64,000 nt of DNA from Patescibacteria group bacterium. Lineage in GTDB: Bacteria > Patescibacteriota > UBA1384 > DATEAH01. Both the position numbers and the translations under genes were made by a program. Under the pieces are notes generated by a model. That model was given only the letters and a program-made list of their open reading frames with translations, was not told the DNA's origin and did not search any database. This document shows positions 39,475 to 48,730 of the stretch, piece by piece. The stretch spans positions 66,090 through 130,089 of the forward strand of contig DATEAH010000007.1 of NCBI GenBank assembly GCA_035288465.1. Direction: 5' to 3'. Position 1 is the stretch's first letter, and the number at the start of each line of letters is the position of its first letter.

Positions 39475-40704
39475 ATGTTGGACATAAAATTTATTAGAGA
39501 CAATTTAGAAACAGTCAAAAAAGCTACCACGGATAAAGGTTATGAGGTGGATTTTGAGAAATTATTAAAAATTGATGATGAGCGGAAAAGATTATTGGTG
39601 GAAACCGAAGAATCGCGAGCGCAGAAAAATCAGCTCAAAAAAGAAGATGCTGAGAAGGGTCGGGAAATTAAGGAAACTCTAAAAAAATTAGATCCAAAAC
39701 TGGCGGAAATTGAAAAAGAATTTATGGAATTAATGTATAAAGTTCCAAATCCGGCCTTAAAAGACGTCAAAGTTGGCAAAGATGAAAAAGATAATGAAAT
39801 TATTAAAAAAGAAGGTAAAATTGAATTGAAAAAAGGCCGAGACCATTTAGAAATTGGCAAAGCTTTAGATTTAATTGATGTTGAAGCTGGCGCAAAAGCT
39901 TCGGGTTCGCGATTTGCATATTTAAAAAATCAAGCCGCGCAATTAGAATTAGCCTTAATTAATTTTGCGATGGAGATTTTGGTCAAAGAAGGATTTGCGC
40001 CAATAATCCCGCCGCAGATGTTAAAAACTCCAGTGGCAAGAGCGACTGGTTATTATGAAAGTGGCGAAGATGATTCTTTCCATTTGAAAGATGAAGATTT
40101 GGTGATGATTGGCACGTCAGAGCATTCAATTTTGGCATATCATAAAGAGACGATTTTTCGCGAAAAAGATTTGCCAAAACGATATGCCGGTTTTTCGACT
40201 TGTTTTCGTCGGGAAGCTGGTTCTTACGGTAAAGATGTCAAAGGGATTTTACGCGTACATCAATTTGATAAAGTGGAGATGGTCTCATTTGTAAAACCGG
40301 AAGAGTCGGAAAAAGAACTTCAATATTTATTATCTTTGGAAAAAGAAATTGTTCAGGCTCTAAAATTACCATATCAGGTGGTCAAAATGTGCACGGGTGA
40401 TTTAGGACGACCCGCCGCTACCAAATATGATTTGGAAACTTGGATGCCTGGTCAGGAAAAATATCGGGAAACTCATTCAGTTTCAAACTGCACTGATTTT
40501 CAGGCTCGCCGTTTAAATATCAAATATGCCACTGCCGAAGGTGTGAAAAAATATCCACATATTTTGAATGGGACCGCGGTGGCAATTGGCAGAATGATTA
40601 TTGCGATTTTGGAAAATTACCAACAAAAAGACGGCACTGTTTTGGTGCCGGCAGTGCTCCAAAAATATTGCGGTTTTAAAAAAATTGAAAAGCCCAAATC
40701 TTAA
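39475..40704 (+). CDS. serS: Serine--tRNA ligase
   Basis: MLDIKFIR, GTSE, FRREAG, HQFDKVE, SNCTDFQARR. Confidence 0.98.
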   Translation: MLDIKFIRDNLETVKKATTDKGYEVDFEKLLKIDDERKRLLVETEESRAQKNQLKKEDAEKGREIKETLKKLDPKLAEIEKEFMELMYKVPNPALKDVKVGKDEKDNEIIKKEGKIELKKGRDHLEIGKALDLIDVEAGAKASGSRFAYLKNQAAQLELALINFAMEILVKEGFAPIIPPQMLKTPVARATGYYESGEDDSFHLKDEDLVMIGTSEHSILAYHKETIFREKDLPKRYAGFSTCFRREAGSYGKDVKGILRVHQFDKVEMVSFVKPEESEKELQYLLSLEKEIVQALKLPYQVVKMCTGDLGRPAATKYDLETWMPGQEKYRETHSVSNCTDFQARRLNIKYATAEGVKKYPHILNGTAVAIGRMIIAILENYQQKDGTVLVPAVLQKYCGFKKIEKPKS

Positions 40705-40989
40705 TTAGGCAGCTCTTTTTTCCTCTTCTTCAACATCTTTTGCGGTTTTAGTAAAGTCTTCATTGGCGGTTCTCAGGAAAGGGCGATCATTTTTCAAATC
40801 AGATTCAGTGTCGGGTTTTGGTTGTTGAATTCTGGCATCTTTAGCTTTTCTGGCTTTTTCAAAAGCTGCTTTAGCTGATTGTCTAATTTCTTCTGGGCTT
40901 TTTGCCTCAGGATCTAATCCAGTTTTAGCTTCATCGATTGATTCTTGTCTAGATCCTACTTCTTCAGGTCCAGCTTCAATATTTTGCAT
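40705..40989 (-). CDS. Hypothetical charged protein
   Basis: GAGGA SD; 94-aa ORF convergent with serS. Confidence 0.65.
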   Translation of the reverse strand: MQNIEAGPEEVGSRQESIDEAKTGLDPEAKSPEEIRQSAKAAFEKARKAKDARIQQPKPDTESDLKNDRPFLRTANEDFTKTAKDVEEEEKRAA

Positions 40990-41096
40990 TTTTTCCTCCT
41001 TATTTAAATATACTTTTTGAAGATAGGTTTGTCAAAACAATCTTGAATGGTGGTGGTATTTTTGGTATAATAAAAAACACTAGCAAAAGGAGCAAA

Positions 41097-41411
41097 ATGA
41101 GATTAATAATTAGAGGCAAGGGACAATTTAAAGTTCCGGCAGATTTGGCAGAATATGCCAAAGAGAAAATTTTAAAATACGAAAAAAGACTGCCTAAAAG
41201 TTCGATATTGGAATTAGAATTAGAAGACAATAATGGCCAAAAAGGGGGTTTAGACAAAATTTGCCAATTAATAATGGTGATTCCTCATGAAAAAAATCCC
41301 ATTCATTATTGTGAACGGTCAGAAAGCTTCCGAAAATCCATAGATTTAGTCTTGGAAAAATTAGAACGAGAAGTCGAAGAATACAAAGAAAAAAGAAAGC
41401 CATACTTCTAG
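41097..41411 (+). CDS. hpf: Ribosome hibernation factor HPF/RaiA
   Basis: YAKEKILKYEK, SIDLVLEKLEREVEEYKEK; located upstream of secA. Confidence 0.8.
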   Translation: MRLIIRGKGQFKVPADLAEYAKEKILKYEKRLPKSSILELELEDNNGQKGGLDKICQLIMVIPHEKNPIHYCERSESFRKSIDLVLEKLEREVEEYKEKRKPYF

Positions 41412-41490
41412 ATTCTTTGTGGGGGTGATGGTGGCACGATAGAGCCTAAGTCTATCGAGCTGACTAATTCCCACAAGGAGTGAATCGTGG

Positions 41491-41844
41491 ATGAGGCGAA
41501 CTGCTAGGACAAAGAGAAAGTTTGGTGATCCGAATTACCGTTTTTTATACTTTGACAAAAGTCGGGAATGTCGAGAAGCGAAAAGATTTATCGAAGCATT
41601 GGGCGTCGCTTATCATCTGCTTAATATCGCTGGCTATAAATCAGATCAGAAAGTACCATTTGTAATGGATTCGCGAGGCAACTCATGGCAAGGCTTAGAA
41701 GCGATAAAGACATATTGGGTTGCTTGGGCGTTGTCCGGCGATATTTCTACTGATGAAGAACAAATTATTCGGCAAAGAGCTAATGAACTTTTGCGGATTG
41801 ATCGAATCGCTGAAAACTATTTTAGCACCATCCTGGAAATTTAA
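41491..41844 (+). CDS. Hypothetical protein, glutaredoxin-like pattern (paralog 1)
   Basis: AAGGAG SD; C..AKRFIEALGVAY..VP..G pattern; similar to 41874-42215. Confidence 0.7.
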   Translation: MRRTARTKRKFGDPNYRFLYFDKSRECREAKRFIEALGVAYHLLNIAGYKSDQKVPFVMDSRGNSWQGLEAIKTYWVAWALSGDISTDEEQIIRQRANELLRIDRIAENYFSTILEI

Positions 41845-41873
41845 GTTAAAACCCAAAAGGGGTTGCATCGAGA

Positions 41874-42215
41874 ATGACAACAGCGGCAAAAAGGGCAGTA
41901 AGGATTGGAAACCCTAATTATCGTACTTTGCATAGAGACGGCAGTGAGGAAAGCCGCAAAACAGAAGAATTTATGGACGATTTGGGAATAGCCTATGAAA
42001 TTTGCGAATGCACTGGCAATTGTCCTTATGAAACACTGCCGTGTATTAGTTCAAAATTTGCATCCGGCGTCTATTGCGGTTTTCATACTATTATCACCAA
42101 TTGGCAGTCTTGGACTGAAGGCGATGATATTTCTGACGAAGATAAACAAATCTTGGCAGAAAATGCCCGTTTCTTAATGGCTACCTGCCAGTTCTTAGCA
42201 ACCATAACATCTTGA
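41874..42215 (+). CDS. Hypothetical protein, glutaredoxin-like pattern (paralog 2)
   Basis: G.PNYR, LGIAY, LP, G...I...W..W..GDDIS.EDKQI shared with paralog 1. Confidence 0.7.
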   Translation: MTTAAKRAVRIGNPNYRTLHRDGSEESRKTEEFMDDLGIAYEICECTGNCPYETLPCISSKFASGVYCGFHTIITNWQSWTEGDDISDEDKQILAENARFLMATCQFLATITS

Positions 42216-42270
42216 ACCTACTTTTAAAAAACATCATTCGGCACTTGTGAAAACAAAGGAGTGAAGCCAT

Positions 42271-42510
42271 ATGGATGCAAGCCTGATTCCAATCATGCGG
42301 ACCGCAATTATTCACCGAAGAGGACGATTAATTCAAAAGCTAAGGGAGCTTCGTCAGCGATTAGACCAATTAAATTTGAAGTTTCCTTCTACTCGAGATT
42401 ATCGACACGATAATAATGAGGAGCCAGATTTATATCAGGGTTTTCTTCTGAGGGCATTTAATAAGGGTTGTCGAGATCGCCAACAATTTCTTTTTCGATT
42501 CTATTATTAG
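42271..42510 (+). CDS. Hypothetical protein
   Basis: AAGGAGTGAA SD (same as at 41475); followed by a terminator. Confidence 0.55.
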   Translation: MDASLIPIMRTAIIHRRGRLIQKLRELRQRLDQLNLKFPSTRDYRHDNNEEPDLYQGFLLRAFNKGCRDRQQFLFRFYY

Positions 42511-42511
42511 T

Positions 42512-42567
42512 CCGAAGGGACAAACCTATTCTATTTTCCTACCAACCTTTTCCCTTCGGCTTTTTTT
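42512..42567 (+). terminator. Rho-independent terminator
   Basis: ccgaaggga / tcccttcgg 9-bp stem followed by T7. Confidence 0.7.
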
Positions 42568-42773
42568 ATGGCATCGCTTGCAAGGCGAAGCCGCAGCCCC
42601 GAAGGGGTAGTACAAGCACGCAACAAGTTTAGGTATTAATATGAAAAATCTGTGAGATAAAATTAACAGAAAGTGAACAAATTATATTATAGCGAAAACT
42701 TATGGTAAAATAGAAGTATCAAGTCAAGATATATTTGACTAAATTTAATAATATATATAATAGGAAATATAAA

Positions 42774-45512
42774 ATGGCATTTCTACAGTTTTTAGTCGGA
42801 GACCAAAACAAAAAAGAAATTAATCGCTTAGAAAAAATCGTGGTTGAAATTAATGCTTTGGAATCTGAAACTGAAAAATGCTCCAACCCTGAGCTTAAAA
42901 AAGAAACTCAAAAATTAAAAGATGAAATTGCCGAATTTCAAAAAACTCACCAATTACCCTTGGGAAGTTTGGCTGAACTAGATAAAACCGAAGTTAAAAG
43001 AATTCAAAAAAAAGAACAAGAAATATTAAACCAAATTTTACCAAAAGCGGCCGCCTTGGTTCGAGAAGCGGCCAAAAGAACTATCAAACAACGGCATTTT
43101 GATGTTCAGTTAATAGGTGGGATAGTTTTGCATACTGGGAAAGTCGCAGAAATGAAAACTGGTGAAGGAAAAACTTTGGCGGCGACTATGCCTCTCTTTT
43201 TGAATGCCTTAGCGGGACATGGGGCGCATTTGGTGACCGTGAATGATTTTTTGGCCAAAAGAGACGCCCAATGGATGGGCCCAATTTATCATTTATTGGG
43301 ATTATCAGTGGCCTGTATCCAACACGAAAAATCATATTTATTCGAACTGACTTCTGACAAAGTGGAATTTGGGGAAGAATTTAACCTTAAAGCCTGCACC
43401 CGTCGGGAAGCCTACGCGGCAGATATTACCTATGGCACTAATAATGAATTTGGCTTTGATTATTTAAGAGATAATATGGTTTCTAATATGTCTCAATGCG
43501 TGCAACGGGAACTTTATTTTGGAATTGTGGATGAGGTAGACTCAATTTTAATCGATGAAGCCCGCACACCTTTAATTATTTCTGCACCAGCAGAAGAATC
43601 AACGGAATTATATCAGCGTTTTGCTCGTTTTGTGCCAAGCCTTAATAAAGAAACGGATTATAGCGTTGATGAAAAAATGCAATCAGTGATGTTAACTGAT
43701 GAAGGCATGAAAAAAACCGAGCGTTTTTTGGGCGTGAAAAACCTTTACCAAGAAGGTGGAGTAATGTTGGTTCACCATCTGGAAGAAGCCTTAAAAGCTC
43801 ACGTTTTATTTAAAAAAGACAAAGATTATGTGGTTAAAGAAGGCGAAATTGTGATTGTTGATCAATTTACGGGCCGTTTGATGCCGGGTCGTCGCTATTC
43901 TGAAGGTTTACACCAGGCGATTGAGGCTAAAGAAAATGTGGAAATTAAGAGAGAGTCTGTGACCTTGGCGACAATTTCGTTTCAAAATTATTTTAGAATG
44001 TATGGCAAGTTGGCAGGAATGACTGGTACCGCCAAAACCGAAGAAGAGGAATTTTTCAAAATTTATGGTTTAGAGGTGATCGTGGTGCCAGCGAATAAAC
44101 CGATGGTTCGTGCTGACTTAGCAGATCGAATATATCGGACCGAAGAAGGTAAATTTCAAGCGGTGGTTGAGGAAATTCGTCAACGCCATGAAAAAGGTCA
44201 GCCAGTTTTGGTGGGAACAATTGCGATTGAAAAATCAGAAGTCTTATCGCAAATGTTACGGCGCGAAGGAGTTAAGCATAATGTTTTAAATGCCAAATTT
44301 CACGAAAAAGAAGCTAAAATTATTGCCCAGGCGGGTCGGGTTGGAGCGGTGACAGTGGCAACTAATATGGCGGGTCGTGGTGTGGATATTATTTTAGGCG
44401 GAAGTCCTGCCGAACCTGCAGAACAAAAGAAAGTGTGCAAGGCAGGCGGTTTGCATGTTTTGGGAACTGAACGTCACGAGGCGCGCCGAATCGATAATCA
44501 GTTGAGAGGTCGATCTGGTCGGCAGGGCGATCCGGGATCATCGCAATTTTATGTTTCTATGGAAGATGATTTGATGAGAATTTTTGGCGGGGATCGCATT
44601 AAAAGAATTATGGAAGTCTTAAAAGTACCCGAAGACCAACCCGTGGAAAATAAATTAATTTCCAGATCATTAGAATCATCTCAAAAACGAGTCGAAGGCT
44701 ATAACTTTGATTTGCGCAAACATTTGGTTGAATATGATGATGTGATGAATAAGCATCGGGAAACGATATATCGCCTTCGCAAAAAAATCTTAACTCATCA
44801 GGATTTGCGATCGGAAATTTTAGAAATCGTGGTCGAATATTTTCGACGCTTAGCCCAAATGCATGGGGCTGGCAATAAGGAAGTTTGGAATTTAGAGGAA
44901 ATTGTTAAAAACTTAAAAGCGGTATTAGGTGTAAATTATTCAGATGATGTTGAAAAGCATCTTTTAAAACTTGAGACCGAAGCACAAATTGAAGATTATT
45001 TGGTTAAATTAGCGGGAATTATTTTTGAGGAAAAAGAAAAATCTCTAACTCCAGAAGTGATGCGTCAAGTCGAAAAAGCAATCTATTTGCGAACTATTGA
45101 TGCCCTGTGGATAGAACATTTAACCAATATGGAGGAGTTGCGTGAAGGAATTGGCTTGCGCGGAATTGGACAACGCGATCCTCTTGTCGAATACAAGCGA
45201 GAAGCTTATAATATGTTTGAGGGTTTATTAGCAGATATTGAAACAAATGCGATAAATATGATTTTTAGGACCGAGGTGGAAGCAGCTCCGCAAAATTTAA
45301 GCGAAAGACCGGCTCGTCAAATGACAATGAGCGGCGCGAGCGAAACGGCGGCAGCGGGAACTTTTTCAGGATATAACCAAGAAAGCATGATGGAAAAAGA
45401 AGCGGCAACTCGATCTGAAACTGTTGTCAAATCTGAAAAAGTTGGTCGCAATGATCCTTGTCCGTGTAATTCTGGCAAAAAATACAAAAAATGTCATGGC
45501 CGCTTTGCTTAA
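42774..45512 (+). CDS. secA: Preprotein translocase subunit SecA
   Basis: MKTGEGKT, VDEVDSILIDEARTP, TNMAGRG, C-terminal SEC-C (GRNDPCPCNSGKKYKKCH). Confidence 0.99.
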   Translation: MAFLQFLVGDQNKKEINRLEKIVVEINALESETEKCSNPELKKETQKLKDEIAEFQKTHQLPLGSLAELDKTEVKRIQKKEQEILNQILPKAAALVREAAKRTIKQRHFDVQLIGGIVLHTGKVAEMKTGEGKTLAATMPLFLNALAGHGAHLVTVNDFLAKRDAQWMGPIYHLLGLSVACIQHEKSYLFELTSDKVEFGEEFNLKACTRREAYAADITYGTNNEFGFDYLRDNMVSNMSQCVQRELYFGIVDEVDSILIDEARTPLIISAPAEESTELYQRFARFVPSLNKETDYSVDEKMQSVMLTDEGMKKTERFLGVKNLYQEGGVMLVHHLEEALKAHVLFKKDKDYVVKEGEIVIVDQFTGRLMPGRRYSEGLHQAIEAKENVEIKRESVTLATISFQNYFRMYGKLAGMTGTAKTEEEEFFKIYGLEVIVVPANKPMVRADLADRIYRTEEGKFQAVVEEIRQRHEKGQPVLVGTIAIEKSEVLSQMLRREGVKHNVLNAKFHEKEAKIIAQAGRVGAVTVATNMAGRGVDIILGGSPAEPAEQKKVCKAGGLHVLGTERHEARRIDNQLRGRSGRQGDPGSSQFYVSMEDDLMRIFGGDRIKRIMEVLKVPEDQPVENKLISRSLESSQKRVEGYNFDLRKHLVEYDDVMNKHRETIYRLRKKILTHQDLRSEILEIVVEYFRRLAQMHGAGNKEVWNLEEIVKNLKAVLGVNYSDDVEKHLLKLETEAQIEDYLVKLAGIIFEEKEKSLTPEVMRQVEKAIYLRTIDALWIEHLTNMEELREGIGLRGIGQRDPLVEYKREAYNMFEGLLADIETNAINMIFRTEVEAAPQNLSERPARQMTMSGASETAAAGTFSGYNQESMMEKEAATRSETVVKSEKVGRNDPCPCNSGKKYKKCHGRFA

Positions 45513-45540
45513 TTTGCATAAAATGAAATTATAAGGAGGT

Positions 45541-46227
45541 TTGTTGATCGAATTTAGACACGTCTCAAAAATATACAAAAGTGATAAAAAGGCTTTGGAT
45601 GACGTGTCTTTTAAGATTCCCAAAAAAGAATTTGTATGTTTGGTGGGACCGTCTGGAGCAGGCAAGTCAACCTTAATCAAAATGCTAATTTGTGACGAGA
45701 AACCAAGTTCGGGAAAAATTTTAATCGGCGGATTTAATATCACGAATTTGAAACCGGCGGAAATCCCCTATTTTCGTCGTAAAATTGGCGTTGTTTTTCA
45801 AGACTATAAATTACTTTCCGATAAAAATGTTTTTGAAAATATCGCTTTTGCGCTTGAAGTTTGCGGCGCATCCGACGCGGAAATTCGTAAAAAAGTTCCC
45901 CGAGCCTTAAAATTGGTAGGGTTAGAAAAATGTCTTCAAAATTTTCCTGATGAATTATCTGGTGGCGAAAAGCAACGCGTTTCAATCGCAAGAGCTTTAA
46001 TCCACAGCCCAAAATTACTCATTGCTGATGAGCCGACCGGAAATTTAGACCCCAAAACTGCCTGGGAAATTATTAAATTGCTTTTAAGAATTAATGAATT
46101 TCAAGGGACAATAATTCTATTAGCTACCCATCATAAAGAAATCGTGGATCGTTTAAAAAAACGGGTGATCACTGTCAAAAATGGTAAATTAGTTTCTGAT
46201 CAACAAGAAGGTAAATACATAATATAG
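45541..46227 (+). CDS. ftsE: Cell division ATP-binding protein FtsE
   Basis: GPSGAGKST, VFQDYKLL, LSGGEKQR, ADEPTGNLD. Confidence 0.95.
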   Translation: MLIEFRHVSKIYKSDKKALDDVSFKIPKKEFVCLVGPSGAGKSTLIKMLICDEKPSSGKILIGGFNITNLKPAEIPYFRRKIGVVFQDYKLLSDKNVFENIAFALEVCGASDAEIRKKVPRALKLVGLEKCLQNFPDELSGGEKQRVSIARALIHSPKLLIADEPTGNLDPKTAWEIIKLLLRINEFQGTIILLATHHKEIVDRLKKRVITVKNGKLVSDQQEGKYII

Positions 46228-46273
46228 CGACTAAATTTTTTAATTTTAATAAATTTGAATTAGAGGATAAAAA

Positions 46274-47209
46274 ATGCAACAAGTGACTGGAACTACGGCT
46301 CTTTCGAGAGTTTTCAAGTGGAGTATTTTGAGTTTTTGGCGAAACCGCTTATTGTCAATTGCGGCCACCCTAGTAATGACTCTAACGCTTTTGACGATTT
46401 CATTATTTGTAATTTTGAATTTAATTATTGGTACGACTGTTGACGTGGTACAACATAAAATTGACCTGGTGGTGTATTTAACTGAATCTGCGACCGAGGC
46501 AGATATTACAAATCTTAAAACTCAAGTAGAACAAATGCCTGAAGTTGCCTCAGTAAATTATATTGATAAAGCTCAAGCTTTGGCAAAGTGGCAATCAAAA
46601 GAAATAAAAGATGAGCTAAAAAATATTGCTACCACCGCTGACAACCCTTTGCCTCGCAGTTTGGAAATTAAAGTCAAAGATTTAACCAAACTTGAACAAA
46701 CCGCCACCTTTTTTGAATCCGCAGAAGTTAAACCTTTGGTGGATAAAACCACCATGCACGAGAATCGGGCGACGATTAATCGATTATTAAAAACTACCCG
46801 TTTCTTTCGCATTAGCGGGATAATTTTTTCAGCATTTTTCGTTTTAATTTCTTTATTGGTTATTTTTAACACGATTCGTTTAGCAATATATAGCCGTCGC
46901 GACGAGATTGACATTATGAAATTAGTGGGCGCCACCAGCTCGGCGATTCGTTGGCCTTTTATAGTTGAAGGGATGTTTTATGGATTATTGGCAACAGTAA
47001 TATCGGTGATTTTGCTCTTTGTGGGTTTTAGATTTTTATCACCAGTAGTAAATAAATATTTAGGCGAGTTAATGACTGAATGGGGTGGCAGTTTGATGAA
47101 TTATTTTATTGCTAATTTGTGGCAAATTATTTTATGGCAATTATTGGTGGGATTCGCGATTGGCGCCGCTTGCAGTTTCTTGGCAATCAGAAAACACCTT
47201 AAAGTGTAG
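46274..47209 (+). CDS. ftsX: Cell division permease FtsX
   Basis: NPLP, FNTIRLAIYSRRDEIDIMKLVGA, PFIVEG. Confidence 0.95.
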   Translation: MQQVTGTTALSRVFKWSILSFWRNRLLSIAATLVMTLTLLTISLFVILNLIIGTTVDVVQHKIDLVVYLTESATEADITNLKTQVEQMPEVASVNYIDKAQALAKWQSKEIKDELKNIATTADNPLPRSLEIKVKDLTKLEQTATFFESAEVKPLVDKTTMHENRATINRLLKTTRFFRISGIIFSAFFVLISLLVIFNTIRLAIYSRRDEIDIMKLVGATSSAIRWPFIVEGMFYGLLATVISVILLFVGFRFLSPVVNKYLGELMTEWGGSLMNYFIANLWQIILWQLLVGFAIGAACSFLAIRKHLKV

Positions 47210-47295
47210 AGAGGTGAGACAGAGATTTGAGACAAAGACTTGGGGAAGGAGGGCTTGAAATATTTTTATAAATTTGGTATAATAGATATTAAAGA

Positions 47296-47398
47296 AAATC
47301 ATAAATCCTAAATCCGAAATTCTAAACAAATTACAATTCCAAAATTATAAATCACAAACAGGTATTGTTTAGAGTTTAGTGCTTAGAAATTAGAATTT
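47296..47398. repeat. Heptamer-periodic imperfect palindrome (family copy 5)
   Basis: aaatcat aaatcct aaatccg aaattct aaacaaa ... attgttt agagttt agtgctt agaaatt agaattt. Confidence 0.8.
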
Positions 47399-47416
47399 AT
47401 AAATATTGAGGGGCAA

Positions 47417-48628
47417 ATGCTCTTGAAGAATTTTTTGACAAAAACTATGCAAACTATGAGCAAAATTGTGCTTTATGTTTTTCTCATAGTTTTTTTATTT
47501 CCGCAATATACTGCTGCAGATTCAATTCAGGATAAACAAAGAGAACTGCAGAATATTCAATCTCAAATTGATCAGCAGCAAAAGCTCTTAAATCAAAAAT
47601 CCGGCGAAAGAAGAACCTTGGCAGGTCAAGTTTCATCAATGGATGCGCAAATCAGACAGACTCAACTCTCAATTAATAAAACGCAGACTGAAATTGATTT
47701 AGCGCAGGTTGAAATTACTAAACTTAATACACAAATTGCTCAAAAGGAAAAAGAATTAAAACGTCAAAAACAAATTCTCAACGAAGCCTTGAGAGTAATT
47801 TATCAAGAAACTGACACCAGTTTTATTGAAATGCTATTTTCTTCTAATAATATTTCGCAGGTTTTGGACCAAACTGAATATTTGGGGGCAGTTGAAGGCA
47901 AAATCGAAAATACAATGGCAGAAATCAAACAAGTAAAGTCTGCCCTTGCAACTGATAAAAAAGAGCAGGAAACTAAAAAAACCCAATTGGCTGAGAAAAA
48001 AGATGAATTAAAAATAAAAGAGTCAGGTCTAAGCGGGCAAAGAAATACGCGGAATGGTTTACTGGTTGAGACAAGAGGTCAAGAGTTTGCATACCAACAA
48101 TTATTGTCACAGAGACAAATAGAATGGGAGAGATCCAACGCCGAACTGAAACGTATGGAAGCTGCTTTGTATTCGGGTGGTCCTGATAGTGGACCTGGTT
48201 ATAGTGTCCCAAATTGGCCGATGTATGGAAGAATAAGTGTCCCATATGGGGCTTGTGGGTGTGATGCATATTTTTGTGGTAAATGCCATACGGGCATAGA
48301 TATTGTTGCCAGCCCCTATACTTCAGTTAGAGCAGCAAAAGACGGGGTTGTTAAAGATACAGTTAACTCTTGCCGTGATTCTGTTGGAGATTATGGTTGT
48401 GGTGGAGGATATGGTAATCGGGTTATAATTGAACATAATGATGGTCATGTTTCAATATATGGACATTTAAGTCAGGGTTCTGTGAGGGTAAGAGTGGGGA
48501 CTAGAGTTTCTGGAGGAAAAACGGTGATTGGCTCAGAGGGTAATAGTGGTTTCTCAACCGATTTTCATCTCCATTTTGAAATTAGGAATAGGATGTGGGG
48601 ATCATCTGTAAGACCATTACTACCATAA
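47417..48628 (+). CDS. Coiled-coil plus M23 peptidase (EnvC/PcsB-like murein hydrolase)
   Basis: Signal peptide, long coiled coil, HTGID, GYGN, YGHL, HLHFE; follows ftsEX. Confidence 0.92.
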   Translation: MLLKNFLTKTMQTMSKIVLYVFLIVFLFPQYTAADSIQDKQRELQNIQSQIDQQQKLLNQKSGERRTLAGQVSSMDAQIRQTQLSINKTQTEIDLAQVEITKLNTQIAQKEKELKRQKQILNEALRVIYQETDTSFIEMLFSSNNISQVLDQTEYLGAVEGKIENTMAEIKQVKSALATDKKEQETKKTQLAEKKDELKIKESGLSGQRNTRNGLLVETRGQEFAYQQLLSQRQIEWERSNAELKRMEAALYSGGPDSGPGYSVPNWPMYGRISVPYGACGCDAYFCGKCHTGIDIVASPYTSVRAAKDGVVKDTVNSCRDSVGDYGCGGGYGNRVIIEHNDGHVSIYGHLSQGSVRVRVGTRVSGGKTVIGSEGNSGFSTDFHLHFEIRNRMWGSSVRPLLP

Positions 48629-48696
48629 ATTTAAATATTAATTAAAAATGAATTTAAAAAAGAGGGGCAAAAACCTTTGGTTTGTGTTTTAAGTTA

Positions 48697-48725
48697 TTGA
48701 CAAAATTTGATTTTTATCATAAAAT
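48697..48725 (+). promoter_or_regulatory. Sigma70-type promoter of the RT locus
   Basis: TTGACA (48697-48702), 17-nt spacer, TAAAAT (48720-48725). Confidence 0.8.
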
Positions 48726-48730
48726 AAAAT

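Noticed and set aside
5070-47398. Heptamer palindromes or the 59475-61299 repeats as a CRISPR array
   Set aside because: There are no regularly spaced identical repeats with unique spacers, and no cas genes.
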